From: a virus
Direction: 5' to 3' (one strand)
Virus record (IMG/VR): IMGVR_UViG_3300036817_000176
Span: 1 to 64,000 of that record
Length of the DNA: 64,000 bases
Every line of letters begins with the position of its first letter. Within the stretch, counting starts at the first letter, position 1. The translations under genes and the position numbers were made by a program. The notes below the pieces were generated by a model. The model did no database searches and was not told the DNA's origin. It saw nothing but the letters and a program-made list of their open reading frames with translations. This document shows positions 16,939-26,896 of the stretch, one piece after another.

Positions 16939-17508
16939 TTAGCCTCGCAGGATCATTCTCAAGAAACGCCTTTGCACATGGGCAGGCAAGATAGGGTTGA
17001 ACTCCCATGCAAGTGCGTAGCCCTCATCAATGTCTTCACTAAAGCCATAACTCATAGTCTGAAAGTAACGGTAGTGGTTATCTATCAGGTACTCGTGCAG
17101 TTCTACAAAAAAGTCCTCAAAATTAATATTGTAATAACACTCTGACAGCTGTTGTGACTCCCTGTGACGTACCCGTTTTGTCTGCCCATCCTCCCAGCAG
17201 AACACGCTATCAAGATAGCTTTTGGCGTCGCGCTCAATGATTTTGAGCTGTTCTACCTTTGTGTCGTACCTGCACTGAAAGGCGCAGAATATGAAATAAT
17301 TAGGATTGGCTGAGCTGTACGAACGGGTACTTAGATCGCCCATCGTAATGCCTATCTTTGCAAAACCGGGATTCATGTCGTCAGCGCCCAGATAAAACCA
17401 GATTTTTTGAGACTCATAATTAGCCCTGTCACGTTCCATGACATCAGTCATTTTATAGTCGTCGTCGTATGGAATTTCGAGGTCATAGATTTGCTGTTGT
17501 TTTCTCAT
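16939..17508 (-). CDS. GIY-YIG/T5orf172-like protein
   Basis: WFYLG..FAKIGIT..R motif; lower GC; AGGGAG RBS. Confidence 0.65.
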   Translation of the reverse strand: MRKQQQIYDLEIPYDDDYKMTDVMERDRANYESQKIWFYLGADDMNPGFAKIGITMGDLSTRSYSSANPNYFIFCAFQCRYDTKVEQLKIIERDAKSYLDSVFCWEDGQTKRVRHRESQQLSECYYNINFEDFFVELHEYLIDNHYRYFQTMSYGFSEDIDEGYALAWEFNPILPAHVQRRFLRMILRG

Positions 17509-17553
17509 GGCTCCCTCTCTGTTCGGGGTGAGTTCTATGGGCAATCAGGGTTG

Positions 17554-17577
17554 AAAAAGGCCCCCGTAGGAGCCTTT
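17554..17577 (-). terminator. terminator after the par operon
   Basis: AAAGGCTCC-TACG-GGGGCCTTTTT on the minus strand. Confidence 0.7.
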
Positions 17578-17595
17578 CTGGTGTTGGCGGAGCGG

Positions 17596-18024
17596 TTACT
17601 GACCGATTTTCGGCAGAGCTGGCCTGTGCGCAGCTGCGTGCTTCGTTTCCGCTGGTGGCGTCTGCACCGGCTGGGGCGCGTGCTGCACCTGCGGCTCTTC
17701 GACAACCGGCGTAACAGGATGGGCTGTCACGGCGTCACTTTCTGGCTGGCTGGTGGGCGTCTGACCCAGCAGGGCCAGCAGCTCCTTGATCAGGATGTTC
17801 CGGCGCACGGATGGCGTACCTTCCAGATAGGCCGGGTGCTGATCCAGCATGATGAGCGTATCCAGTACACCACACTCTTTAAGCAACATACCGCCTGCTA
17901 CGCACTGCGTAACCAACAGGCCTTTACCTGCAGTGCCCGCTTCATACAGACGAGAGAACCGGCCGTGTACGTTGTCGGCCTGCGGCATCAGCACGTATTT
18001 AGCGGAACCCAGTTTAGCTGTCAT
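17596..18024 (-). CDS. ParR/StbB-like partition adaptor
   Basis: Small gene coupled downstream of parM, with a disordered Pro-rich C-terminal tail. Confidence 0.6.
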   Translation of the reverse strand: MTAKLGSAKYVLMPQADNVHGRFSRLYEAGTAGKGLLVTQCVAGGMLLKECGVLDTLIMLDQHPAYLEGTPSVRRNILIKELLALLGQTPTSQPESDAVTAHPVTPVVEEPQVQHAPQPVQTPPAETKHAAAHRPALPKIGQ

Positions 18025-19154
18025 GCAATACCCCTTGCGGCCAGAGCGGTTGCCGCTTCATCCAGTAAGCGATCGGCATCGGCCTGCAGCAGCAATTGCA
18101 CGCCGCGCACGATAGCCAGGTGAGGCTGTTCAGGGATGTCTACAGAATGATGCCAGCGGCTTGCCTGATCGCGCAGCCAGTTCGCCCCGCCACCCACGAA
18201 TACGATCCGGTCCAGTGTGTTCATCTGGCCGCGTGTCAGTTCGCGGATATCGGCCTGCAGCAGGTTGTTAAGGTACTCAGCAGCCTCTGTAACCAGATCA
18301 GACACGTCGATACGGGCGGCAATAGCCTGCGGGGTATCCAGTGATGAACCGATGTAGCCACGGCTGATAACGGCCTTCACGTCCGGGTCTGGCATGGACT
18401 GTACGTCTTCAATGTGACGTTCGCGCGCCAGCAGGGTGCGGAAGTGGCTCACCATCAGGTGAACGCCATGTTCATGGGTGCTGAAGTCCACGATCTCGTC
18501 GCCGGTGCTGATGATGGCGTAATCGGCGGTAAACTCGCCCAGGTCCACTACCAGCGTCTTATGTTCTTCCGGATAGGACTGGTCACCTTCGGCACGGGTG
18601 GCGCAGTAGTAATAGGCTGGCAGGGCTTCCGGGTACACGGTAACTGACAGGATCACCGGGGACTCATACGCGCCGTACACGTTGGTGCAGCCGCCCATGA
18701 GGTTATCTTTTTTGGCCTGAATGCGGAGCAGGTTAACCGGCTGTGCGTCGTCGCCGCGGTTATAGAACTGTTCCACCGGCAGGGTGCAACCAACCACGCA
18801 CGCCACACCGCCCAGATTCGCTTTAGACATCGTATCAATGGCCAGAACGCGGTTAGGCTGACCGAGCTGGTAGGCCGGGTCGAGGGTGGTCAGGGGTTTA
18901 GTCGGGTTACGGCGCACGGTAAAGCGGTTGCCTTCAGCCGTTTCCCAGATGCTGTTGCTCATGTGCGAGGAACCGAACCCGGCAGAAGCGCCTTGCTCGA
19001 TCAGCGATGGCTGGTGGGTTTCATACAGGGCACCTTCAGCGTCATGGAACGAACAGGCGATGTTGCCGCTGCCGTCGTCTAATGCCACCAGCGCAATGAA
19101 TGGCGCGTCTGGGTTAGGATGTTCTTCCACTGCTTTAATTTTTTTAACGTTCAT
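18021..19154 (-). CDS. parM: ParM/StbA actin-like partition ATPase
   Basis: Actin-fold motifs LDDGSGN, VDLGEFT and VGGGA. Confidence 0.85.
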   Translation of the reverse strand: MNVKKIKAVEEHPNPDAPFIALVALDDGSGNIACSFHDAEGALYETHQPSLIEQGASAGFGSSHMSNSIWETAEGNRFTVRRNPTKPLTTLDPAYQLGQPNRVLAIDTMSKANLGGVACVVGCTLPVEQFYNRGDDAQPVNLLRIQAKKDNLMGGCTNVYGAYESPVILSVTVYPEALPAYYYCATRAEGDQSYPEEHKTLVVDLGEFTADYAIISTGDEIVDFSTHEHGVHLMVSHFRTLLARERHIEDVQSMPDPDVKAVISRGYIGSSLDTPQAIAARIDVSDLVTEAAEYLNNLLQADIRELTRGQMNTLDRIVFVGGGANWLRDQASRWHHSVDIPEQPHLAIVRGVQLLLQADADRLLDEAATALAARGIA

Positions 19155-19489
19155 CTTCTTTGCTCCTTGATGTCAGATGTGGCAAATAAGCCAGCATTCA
19201 TCATAGCCGTAATTGGCTCTCAAAAGAACCTATTTTCCCCTCATTACCCTGAATAATGATGCACATCACGCGGCGCGCCACGTCGCCCCAGAATTTTAAG
19301 GTGCTGAAAATCCCTAAAAGGACCCAAAAGGGGCAAAAAAAAGCTAAGGGGGTTTTTGTGGTATTAATAGGGGGCGATTGTACGCTTCATATGCGACCGA
19401 ACCGGCGCCTGTTTTTGTTACTGGTTTACAGTTCAATAGATAGGCAAAATCGTTAGGATGTTTATGGGCGATGTAACAGAGGCGCGGGC

Positions 19490-20902
19490 GTGGCAAAGAC
19501 CGACTGGCAGTATCACATAGCTAATTATCTGGAAAATTTCGCCAGCACGCTGACGCTGGCGCAATACGCCGATGCTAATGGTCTTAACCCGAACACCGTC
19601 CGTCGTGAAATGAAGCCCGCGATCAACGTGGCGCTGGCTGGCCAGCCCACCGATAAGAAACCCGCCACCAGAAGCAAGAAGCCCCCCAAAACCCCCGACG
19701 AACCGACACCTGTCCTGAAGGTCGGCAAGGTGCTGCGCGGTGAAGTCCGCCAGATGTCCGCCGACCAGCGCGCCGCCCGAAAACGTGATCAAAAAAGTGA
19801 TCAAATCAGTGATCAAAACGGTGGTGATCAAAAATCTGATCACAATCAGGGTGATCACAATAAGGGGCGAGGAAAGCGGGAACCCGCAGCCGGTAAGGCT
19901 CCGGCGGGAGGTAAGGGGAAAAAAGCGGGGGGCGACACACACGCTGATCACCCGGCCAGCGCGCGTGATCAGAATTTCCGGGTTCATACACCGACGCGCC
20001 CAAATGATGCCGCGTTGCCCGCGTTATGCGGCGAGGTGGGCGGCACCCATAACATGGATTTCGGCGGTTACTGTTCGCTGCTGGAAATGGACGACGACAT
20101 CGTGGAGCTGGCGCTGGCCACCGGGCTGGATAACCGCGACCTCGTTTTAGCCCAGGGCCGGTACATGACCATGTACCGCAAGCAAAACCAGATCCTCAAG
20201 AAGATAGCCGAGGACTACGACCGCGAGCCGTGGGTGGATGACGAAGGCGTGCCGATGCCGCGCGACCAGGTTGAGGCGCAGGCTATCTTCGGCACCAGTC
20301 AGCGCATGACCGAGCTGGAGGCGGCGATCGCCCGCCACAAGCTGGGGCTGATGAAGCTCGAGCTCGAGCGGCAGAAACAGGCCCTCGATGTCCGCAAGCA
20401 GGCACTGGCGGAGTGGAACCGGCACCCGATGCCGCTGGCCGAGCGTATCGAGCGTACCCGGGCGCTGATGCTTCACCGCGAAGAAAATGAGCTGACGGCG
20501 CTGGAGACGGCGCGCCTGTTCGACCTCGAACACCTCGAATACCCGCCGTCCCTGCAGGCGGAAATGCTCAAAGAGGTATCCTGGCTTGAGCAGACTGCAG
20601 ACCAGCACGGCGGCGTCACTGACGATGAGCTGGAAGCCGAGTCCCGCGAATACCGCGAGAAACAGCGGCAGGTGCGCGAAGAGTGGCTTCCGGCCCGTGA
20701 TGAAGAGATTGCATCCATCATCGCCAACGAGGCCGCACACCAGGCCGGTGAGCTCCTGCAGGAGGGCGATTTCACCGGCACCGATGATTCTGGCGGGGAG
20801 GGCGTGCTGGTTGGCGACGACGTGGACGCATGGAACCCTGATGACGCCCTTCCTGATGAAGACGACGCCGACCCGGACGCTGAGCCGGTGGAGACCTGGT
20901 AA
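19490..20902 (+). CDS. pacA: terminase small subunit PacA
   Basis: N-terminal HTH LAQYADANGLNPNTVRRE; contains the TGATCA array; directly precedes pacB. Confidence 0.85.
   Translation: MAKTDWQYHIANYLENFASTLTLAQYADANGLNPNTVRREMKPAINVALAGQPTDKKPATRSKKPPKTPDEPTPVLKVGKVLRGEVRQMSADQRAARKRDQKSDQISDQNGGDQKSDHNQGDHNKGRGKREPAAGKAPAGGKGKKAGGDTHADHPASARDQNFRVHTPTRPNDAALPALCGEVGGTHNMDFGGYCSLLEMDDDIVELALATGLDNRDLVLAQGRYMTMYRKQNQILKKIAEDYDREPWVDDEGVPMPRDQVEAQAIFGTSQRMTELEAAIARHKLGLMKLELERQKQALDVRKQALAEWNRHPMPLAERIERTRALMLHREENELTALETARLFDLEHLEYPPSLQAEMLKEVSWLEQTADQHGGVTDDELEAESREYREKQRQVREEWLPARDEEIASIIANEAAHQAGELLQEGDFTGTDDSGGEGVLVGDDVDAWNPDDALPDEDDADPDAEPVETW
19786..19971 (+). repeat. pac site (six plus two TGATCA hexamers)
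   Basis: TGATCA at 19786, 19798, 19810, 19825, 19837 and 19852, then an 87-bp gap, then 19945 and 19966; same layout as the P1 pac site. Confidence 0.9.
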
Positions 20903-22407
20903 TGGGCAAGATACGCTCTATTACCCGCGACCCGCGCTACCGGGACCTGGTGCGCCGGTACCGTTACGACTGGACGACGGCCGCGGTGGAGCTGTTCGGC
21001 AAACACCCCACCTGGCAGCAGGAGCTGATCCTTAACTCTGCGCAGGAAACCGGCGCCAAGACGGCCGTCTCTTCCGGCCACGGTACCGGCAAGTCGGACA
21101 TGACCAGTATCATGATCCTTATCTACATGCTGTGCTTCCCCGGCGCGCGCGTGGTGGTGGTGGCCAACAAAATCGGCCAGGTGCAGCAGGTGGTCTGGAA
21201 GTACCTCAAAATCAACTATCGTGAGCTCTGCCGCCGTCACCCATGGGTGGAGCAGTATTTCGTGCTGACGGAAACCACCTTCTTCGAGCGCTCCAGTAAG
21301 GGCGTCTGGTTCGTCAGTCCGAAAGGTTGCCGTATCGGTAACGAAGAATCCCTCGCCGGTGAGCACGCCAAACACCTCTTCTACATCGTCGATGAGGCCT
21401 CTGGCGTCTCGGATAAGGCCTTTGGGGTGATGACCGGTGCTCTGACCGAGGAAGACAACCGCATCCTGCTGCTGAGCCAGCCAACGCGTCCAAGCGGCTA
21501 CTTCTACGATTGTCACCACAAGCTGGCCAAGCGCCACCCGGGCGACAAGGAAGGCTACACGGCGATCAAGCTCAACTCCGAGCAGTCACCGCTGGTTACC
21601 ACGGCGTTTATCCGTACCAAGATCCGCGAATATGGCGGCTCCCGTGACGCGCCGGAATACATGATTAAGGTCCGGGGCGAGTTCCCGCGCACCAGCGCCG
21701 CTAACCTGCTGTCGCGCGACGAGTGCGAACGCGCCACCAAATCCACGCCGAAGCTGGCCAAGGGCTGGGGCTGGCTGCTGCTGGCCGACGTGGGCAACGG
21801 CCGCGACAGCTCCGTGGCCACCCTGGTACGCGTCAGTGGCGACCGCTACGAGCGCCGCGTGGTGCCGGTGTCCGTGAAGGAATGGCCGGGTACCATCGAT
21901 CCGGTGAATTTCGGCCGCCTGCTGGCCGCTGAGTACACGACGGACCAGTACCCGAACCTTTCCATCGCTGTCGATGGCGACGGCGTAGGGGCCGATACAG
22001 CGACGATTCTGGAGGAGGCCGGTCGGCAGGTGCAGCGCATCCGCTGGGGCCAGCCGTGCTTCTCCCAGGAAGATAAGAAACGCTTCCTCAATAAACGCGC
22101 CTACGCGAACATCATGGCACGCGATGCCGTGCGAACCGGCCGCCTGCGCCTCGACCGGCACGAGAAGACCCTCGATCAGGCCTCGCGCCTCCCGTGCAAG
22201 CTGAATGAGCAGGGGCTCTGGTGCATGATGCCGAAAGAGACAATGCGCAAGGAGCTGGGCCTGCCGTCTCCTGACCGCTGGGATACGTATTGCTTCAGCT
22301 TTATGGCAGATTATGTCCCGGCAGAAATGGTCATTACCGGCGATATGGTCAAGGAGCGTGAGTCGGTGGCGGGATGGGCGCGGGATCTTGTTGCAGAGGA
22401 TGTCTGA
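20902..22407 (+). CDS. pacB: terminase large subunit PacB
   Basis: Walker A SGHGTGKS, Walker B IVDEA, nuclease ADVG, VDGDG and SPDRWD. Confidence 0.95.
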   Translation: MGKIRSITRDPRYRDLVRRYRYDWTTAAVELFGKHPTWQQELILNSAQETGAKTAVSSGHGTGKSDMTSIMILIYMLCFPGARVVVVANKIGQVQQVVWKYLKINYRELCRRHPWVEQYFVLTETTFFERSSKGVWFVSPKGCRIGNEESLAGEHAKHLFYIVDEASGVSDKAFGVMTGALTEEDNRILLLSQPTRPSGYFYDCHHKLAKRHPGDKEGYTAIKLNSEQSPLVTTAFIRTKIREYGGSRDAPEYMIKVRGEFPRTSAANLLSRDECERATKSTPKLAKGWGWLLLADVGNGRDSSVATLVRVSGDRYERRVVPVSVKEWPGTIDPVNFGRLLAAEYTTDQYPNLSIAVDGDGVGADTATILEEAGRQVQRIRWGQPCFSQEDKKRFLNKRAYANIMARDAVRTGRLRLDRHEKTLDQASRLPCKLNEQGLWCMMPKETMRKELGLPSPDRWDTYCFSFMADYVPAEMVITGDMVKERESVAGWARDLVAEDV

Positions 22408-22456
22408 TGCCCCGCCCGGGGAACGTTGCGGCGGGGTGCAGAGACAACACTAATTT

Positions 22457-23254
22457 TTACTTCTGACGCGCCTGATAGCGGGCGCGGGCCTTCAGAATCT
22501 CACTTTCCTTGTAGACCAGCCCGGCAAGCCCGGACAGGGAACAATCCAGCGGTACCACACCCAGATGCTCGAGACGATCGGAACGCGGCGCCATAACGCG
22601 CGGCGTGCGGATCTCGATACTGCTGTTTGGGGCGGCGAACGCAATCCCTACGCGGGGTACCCGTACCTTGTTGCTGGTTCCATCCGTAAAGGTCAGGGTG
22701 CAGATTGTTTCCGTGCTGCAGGTGTTGCGGATCCGGTAATGCGTTTCGTTGTCACCGGCCAGCAGTTCACGCTCACGCTCGAGCTGACGCAGCAGCGTGC
22801 TGTCGTGGCTCACATCCGCGCCCTGGCGCGCATGACGGATAGCGCGGTCATAGCGGCCCAGAATGCTCGCTTTGGTGTACTTCTTGCTGGTGGTTGCGCT
22901 CCCGACGCCAATGGACATCGAGCGTACCCCGTGGATCACCTGTGGTACCGGCGCCAGCACAAAGGCATTGCTGGGGAAGCGAACCGGGTCCGCAAGGGTG
23001 AGGTCCCGCGCGCGGTTCTCCCACTCCTGGGTGAGGCGCTGCAGCTCCAGAATCTGTTCACTGTCCGACAGCACCGCAACGTGACGGTGTTTGACGACAG
23101 CGGCCGGTGCCTTCAGAGACTCCGGGTCAGTCCGCTCTTCCAGCGGAATGTTCTCTTCTTTAGTTTCGTAATGGACCGAAAAGCTCTCGATGATCTTTAT
23201 AGCGGTATTCCGAACGTTCAAAAACTTTTCGTACCGAGCGATGTCGATGGCCAT
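22457..23254 (-). CDS. c1: P1 C1-like primary repressor
   Basis: Convergent with pacB as in P1; PVPQVIHGVR, YRIR..STETI and LVYKESEI resemble recalled C1 segments PVPNILRGVR, FRMR..SETM and IYRLADI. Confidence 0.75.
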   Translation of the reverse strand: MAIDIARYEKFLNVRNTAIKIIESFSVHYETKEENIPLEERTDPESLKAPAAVVKHRHVAVLSDSEQILELQRLTQEWENRARDLTLADPVRFPSNAFVLAPVPQVIHGVRSMSIGVGSATTSKKYTKASILGRYDRAIRHARQGADVSHDSTLLRQLERERELLAGDNETHYRIRNTCSTETICTLTFTDGTSNKVRVPRVGIAFAAPNSSIEIRTPRVMAPRSDRLEHLGVVPLDCSLSGLAGLVYKESEILKARARYQARQK

Positions 23255-23420
23255 GGTTTTACCTTTGCCTAATGTAACCTCTGAAAAATGCGAGCCTGGA
23301 AGGGCTTTGCCGCTTCATTACTCCGGGTCATATTAGCTCACAAAAGTACCGTTTGAAAGAGCTTAGGAAGTGAATCCAGACATTGCGCCAGTACCAAATG
23401 GTAACTGGCTGCAACTTGTT

Positions 23421-23741
23421 TCAGCGGCGTTTAACATCTCTGTTAGCCGCAAAGAGGACCAGGAATAGCCAGAGCAGCGCGCCAGCTATGGTGAAGTGTA
23501 GTTGAGTATTGAAAGCATGGAGGGCGAAAATGCAAAGAGTGATGCCGCATATTCGTACAGCTAAGCGATAAGGCGTCTCCGTTAGGAAGTCGAGTGGGAC
23601 GCAAATTAGGAGAAGTCCGAGCGCGGCCTGAAGTGCAATATCAACGGGAACACGGCTTAACATGCCACCGGCCAGGAATCCACTGGCGGTCGTGCGGGCC
23701 AGTTCGGTCAGTTGTGTTCCGGGGTGCTTAATGTCTGTCAC
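23421..23741 (-). CDS. small membrane protein
   Basis: About three hydrophobic segments; AAGGAG RBS; located in the immC-equivalent region. Confidence 0.55.
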   Translation of the reverse strand: MTDIKHPGTQLTELARTTASGFLAGGMLSRVPVDIALQAALGLLLICVPLDFLTETPYRLAVRICGITLCIFALHAFNTQLHFTIAGALLWLFLVLFAANRDVKRR

Positions 23742-24018
23742 TGTGACGCTCCTTCATGGCGGCCACGAACAGGCGACGGATTCTGGCTATTTCGCTCTGG
23801 TGGCTGTCGGGGATCGCAAACTGATAGATGATCCACGCGGACAAGATATCTGAACCTCCACATACGGCTTCCACGTCGGCGATATTCGCCGGGAGCTGAA
23901 GAGAGGCACGTTTGCGTCCGGTGGCGCGGCTGTAAACAAAATCAATATTGTTTACCACTTCTCTTACTTCCATTCCTTCGACCTCAACATGTTTCACCCG
24001 TGCTGGCGGGTGGGCCAT
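23728..24018 (-). CDS. hypothetical protein
   Basis: Overlaps the next gene; the real start may be the internal ATG (MEVRE). Confidence 0.45.
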   Translation of the reverse strand: MAHPPARVKHVEVEGMEVREVVNNIDFVYSRATGRKRASLQLPANIADVEAVCGGSDILSAWIIYQFAIPDSHQSEIARIRRLFVAAMKERHSDRH

Positions 24019-24236
24019 CTGTATTCTGTCACATAAGTGGGGGCGTGCGGGGTTTTCCCGGTGCGATGGCCGCGGCCGCCAATACTGACAGATATCATGA
24101 ATCTTTGCAGGGGTAACTACATCAGGTCCGCTTTAAAACTGGACCCGGCTCACAATAAGCGGTTTACATATTTTGACATATAGTAACATTGCGATTGATC
24201 TGAGCGAAGTGTCACCCTCATAAAAAGACGTAATTT

Positions 24237-24270
24237 TCAATTCGGACTAATGGCAGTTATTCCGAATTGA
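24237..24270. other. lox-type recombination site (13-8-13)
   Basis: TCAATTCGGACTA-ATGGCAGT-TATTCCGAATTGA, 61 bp upstream of cre. Confidence 0.9.
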
Positions 24271-24331
24271 CCCCATAATACAACAGCGCAACCGACGCGC
24301 CTAATAATTACAAAAATGTGGAAATTCCTTT

Positions 24332-25453
24332 ATGACGCAGCTCATCAATCCCGACGGCGGGAAATTGTTTCCGCCTGAAATCATAAGCAGCATAGATAGT
24401 TTGGATCTCGATGCCTTTTCGCCGGGCGACCTCGGGGACCTCATTCGCCGCGCGCGGCTGCATGGCCATCGTATCGAAAAGCACCCGCGTATCCAGGACG
24501 CCATCAAGCAGAACCTCGAGGCGTTTCAGTTCCGTGCCGGTCGTTACTCCGAGCGCACGCTCGAAGCACTCACCGGTGCCTGGCAGCGCTACGTCACCTG
24601 GTGCAGCCAATATGATGACCGTTCGCCATTACCAGCTGATGTGGCCGACGTGGAAGCCTACCTGACCGAGCGTGCCGGTTCGGTGCATCGCAACACCCTG
24701 GCGATCGACCGCTGGGCCATCGGCCGGGTCAGCCGCGCCGCCGGTTGCCCGGATCCCACGACGGATGAGCGCCTGAAGGACACCTTCGCCTCCCTGGTGC
24801 GGGCTAAGGTCCAGGCGGAAGAAACTACCGAGCAGGCCTCGGCCTTGCGCGAGCTCCACCTCGATCAGCTGGTGGAGCTGTGGCGTGAATCGCCGCTGCT
24901 GGTCTGCAGGCGTGACCTGGCCCTGCTGGTGGTGGCGTATGAAACCCTGCTGCGCGCGTCGGAGGTGGCGAGGATCCGCTGTAGCCATATCCGCACCGGC
25001 AGCGACGGTACCGCCATTCTGACCATCCCTATCACCAAGACTAATCACTCCGGCGAACCGGACAAGGCGCCGCTGTCCCGGCAGGCCATGCGTCTGGTGC
25101 TGGACTATCTGGCCATGTGCAACCGCAAGCTGGAGGGGGATCATTACCTGTTTGGCAAGGCGACGAAGCACAACAAGCCCGCCTATGTCAGCGGACCGCT
25201 GTCGGTCGATACGGTGGAGAACATCTTCGCTCGGGCCTGGGAGGCGCTGGAGCTGGAGACGCTGGGGATCCCGCGCTGGTCGGGTCACTCTGCCCGGGTC
25301 GGGGCCTCGCAGGACCTGGCGGCCGGAGGATATAACACACTGGAGATCATGCAGGCCGGGCGCTGGACCAGTGAGCGGATGGTGATCCGCTACTGTCGTG
25401 ACATTCTTGCCGGTGAATCTGCAATGGCCCGTCGCCGGGCTGGAAAACTGTAG
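24332..25453 (+). CDS. cre: Cre-family tyrosine recombinase
   Basis: Catalytic set LLRASE, TKT, GHSARVG, AGRW and IRY; adjacent lox site. Confidence 0.92.
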   Translation: MTQLINPDGGKLFPPEIISSIDSLDLDAFSPGDLGDLIRRARLHGHRIEKHPRIQDAIKQNLEAFQFRAGRYSERTLEALTGAWQRYVTWCSQYDDRSPLPADVADVEAYLTERAGSVHRNTLAIDRWAIGRVSRAAGCPDPTTDERLKDTFASLVRAKVQAEETTEQASALRELHLDQLVELWRESPLLVCRRDLALLVVAYETLLRASEVARIRCSHIRTGSDGTAILTIPITKTNHSGEPDKAPLSRQAMRLVLDYLAMCNRKLEGDHYLFGKATKHNKPAYVSGPLSVDTVENIFARAWEALELETLGIPRWSGHSARVGASQDLAAGGYNTLEIMQAGRWTSERMVIRYCRDILAGESAMARRRAGKL

Positions 25454-25511
25454 GTTATCGCTTAACGGGATGGGCCTGTCTGGAGCAGGCTTACATCCCG
25501 ACCGGCACCCA

Positions 25512-26513
25512 TCAGCCCATATAAATGGAAGGTATTGAACAAAATACTTTACTATGACACTGGTAAACAGCATTCATGTTATAGCCAGCTAACTGTGAAA
25601 GTGCCTCTTCGTTATCTTCTTGAACATAAACATTTACGTTCTTATTCAGTTTTAAAAACGCCTCCATCACTTTCTCTTTATCCATGCCTGCTGGAGCTTT
25701 TGCTTCCATGAAACGAGTGACGTCTAATATGGCAAATTTTATAAAGTAATTGGCGTTTAGATTGAATGCCATCATTAGATTTCCATCGGCAGCAGCAGAA
25801 TAATCAACGTAAGACCTGTCGCTTAATACCACCTTTTTATCGGGGTGAGCATCTGAAATGCCATAGATCGTAGCAGCCGTGCCGAGGCCTTTATTTTCAA
25901 AGAGCTCTCTTACCAGGTGTTCAAGTATTGTCTCGCCCCCTCCTACATCAATTAAAGATAGGAAGATAACTTTCATCCAGTTCAGGTATTGCTCCCGGGT
26001 AACATCAAAATCCCGGCAGATACGCTCTATCCCCCCGTCGTTCCTTTTCTCAAGCAACCGGTATTCTTCCAGCAACTGCTCCTGACTCGGATGATGATCA
26101 GCCAGCACGCCTATTGAGTTAAGGACCTTTTTAATATTGTAGGGGTTGCGGATGAAGTTAAGAAATTTCAGTCGCAGAACATCATTTAATTCTTCGAGAA
26201 TATTTTCGTCATTGGCTTTAATTTTATCCAGAAGCGCAGATGTAGCAGAACCTATTTTAGATTCATATACTCCAAATGCACTTTCGAAATTCTTTCTCAT
26301 CCCTTCATCAAGAAATTCAAATGTATATAAATCAATAAAGCTCAGGTTGCTTTGTATTCCAATCCCATTCACATTTTCCAGTTCAACTGTACATTTCTCA
26401 CGGTCCTTTAAGACAAAAGAATATATTTTTTTGCCTTTGCCGGGAATTGAGTTAAGTCTTTGTTCGACTTGTGATAAATAATGCTGATTCTTGGTTGCAT
26501 CAATATAACTCAT
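25512..26513 (-). CDS. DUF4238-like protein, low-GC accessory gene
   Basis: N-terminal TKNQHYLSQ and LSDR motif; AT-rich compared with flanks. Confidence 0.7.
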   Translation of the reverse strand: MSYIDATKNQHYLSQVEQRLNSIPGKGKKIYSFVLKDREKCTVELENVNGIGIQSNLSFIDLYTFEFLDEGMRKNFESAFGVYESKIGSATSALLDKIKANDENILEELNDVLRLKFLNFIRNPYNIKKVLNSIGVLADHHPSQEQLLEEYRLLEKRNDGGIERICRDFDVTREQYLNWMKVIFLSLIDVGGGETILEHLVRELFENKGLGTAATIYGISDAHPDKKVVLSDRSYVDYSAAADGNLMMAFNLNANYFIKFAILDVTRFMEAKAPAGMDKEKVMEAFLKLNKNVNVYVQEDNEEALSQLAGYNMNAVYQCHSKVFCSIPSIYMG

Positions 26514-26653
26514 ATTAATTTCTCAGTCGTTAAGTGTTACACATGCCAGTAAGGGGTAAGCGAAAATCCACTTTAGCACGGCAGGTCAGCCTGTCCCATA
26601 AACAGGCTTTCCGAACGACGATTTTTGCCAGACTGGGCGATGATTAAAGCGCG

Positions 26654-26896
26654 TCAGCGCAGCCAGGAGCCGACGATCTGCGCCTCATCGCCTGAATTGC
26701 GCGGCAGCCAGGTGAAGCCATTTTGATAAAAGTGGGTATCAATCTCCTGGCGTGACTCCGCCAGTATGGCGATGTTGGTCGTTTCGACCTTGCCACCGCG
26801 GATGTCAAAGCGGCGCGCCACGAAGTGACCCGGGAAGTCTTTGGGCTTGTCGTAGATTGTCCAGAACTCGAGCTTGTTTTTGGCTTGTTTATTCAT
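26654..26896 (-). CDS. hypothetical phage protein
   Basis: WTIYDKPKDFPGHFVARRF; coupled ORF. Confidence 0.7.
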   Translation of the reverse strand: MNKQAKNKLEFWTIYDKPKDFPGHFVARRFDIRGGKVETTNIAILAESRQEIDTHFYQNGFTWLPRNSGDEAQIVGSWLR

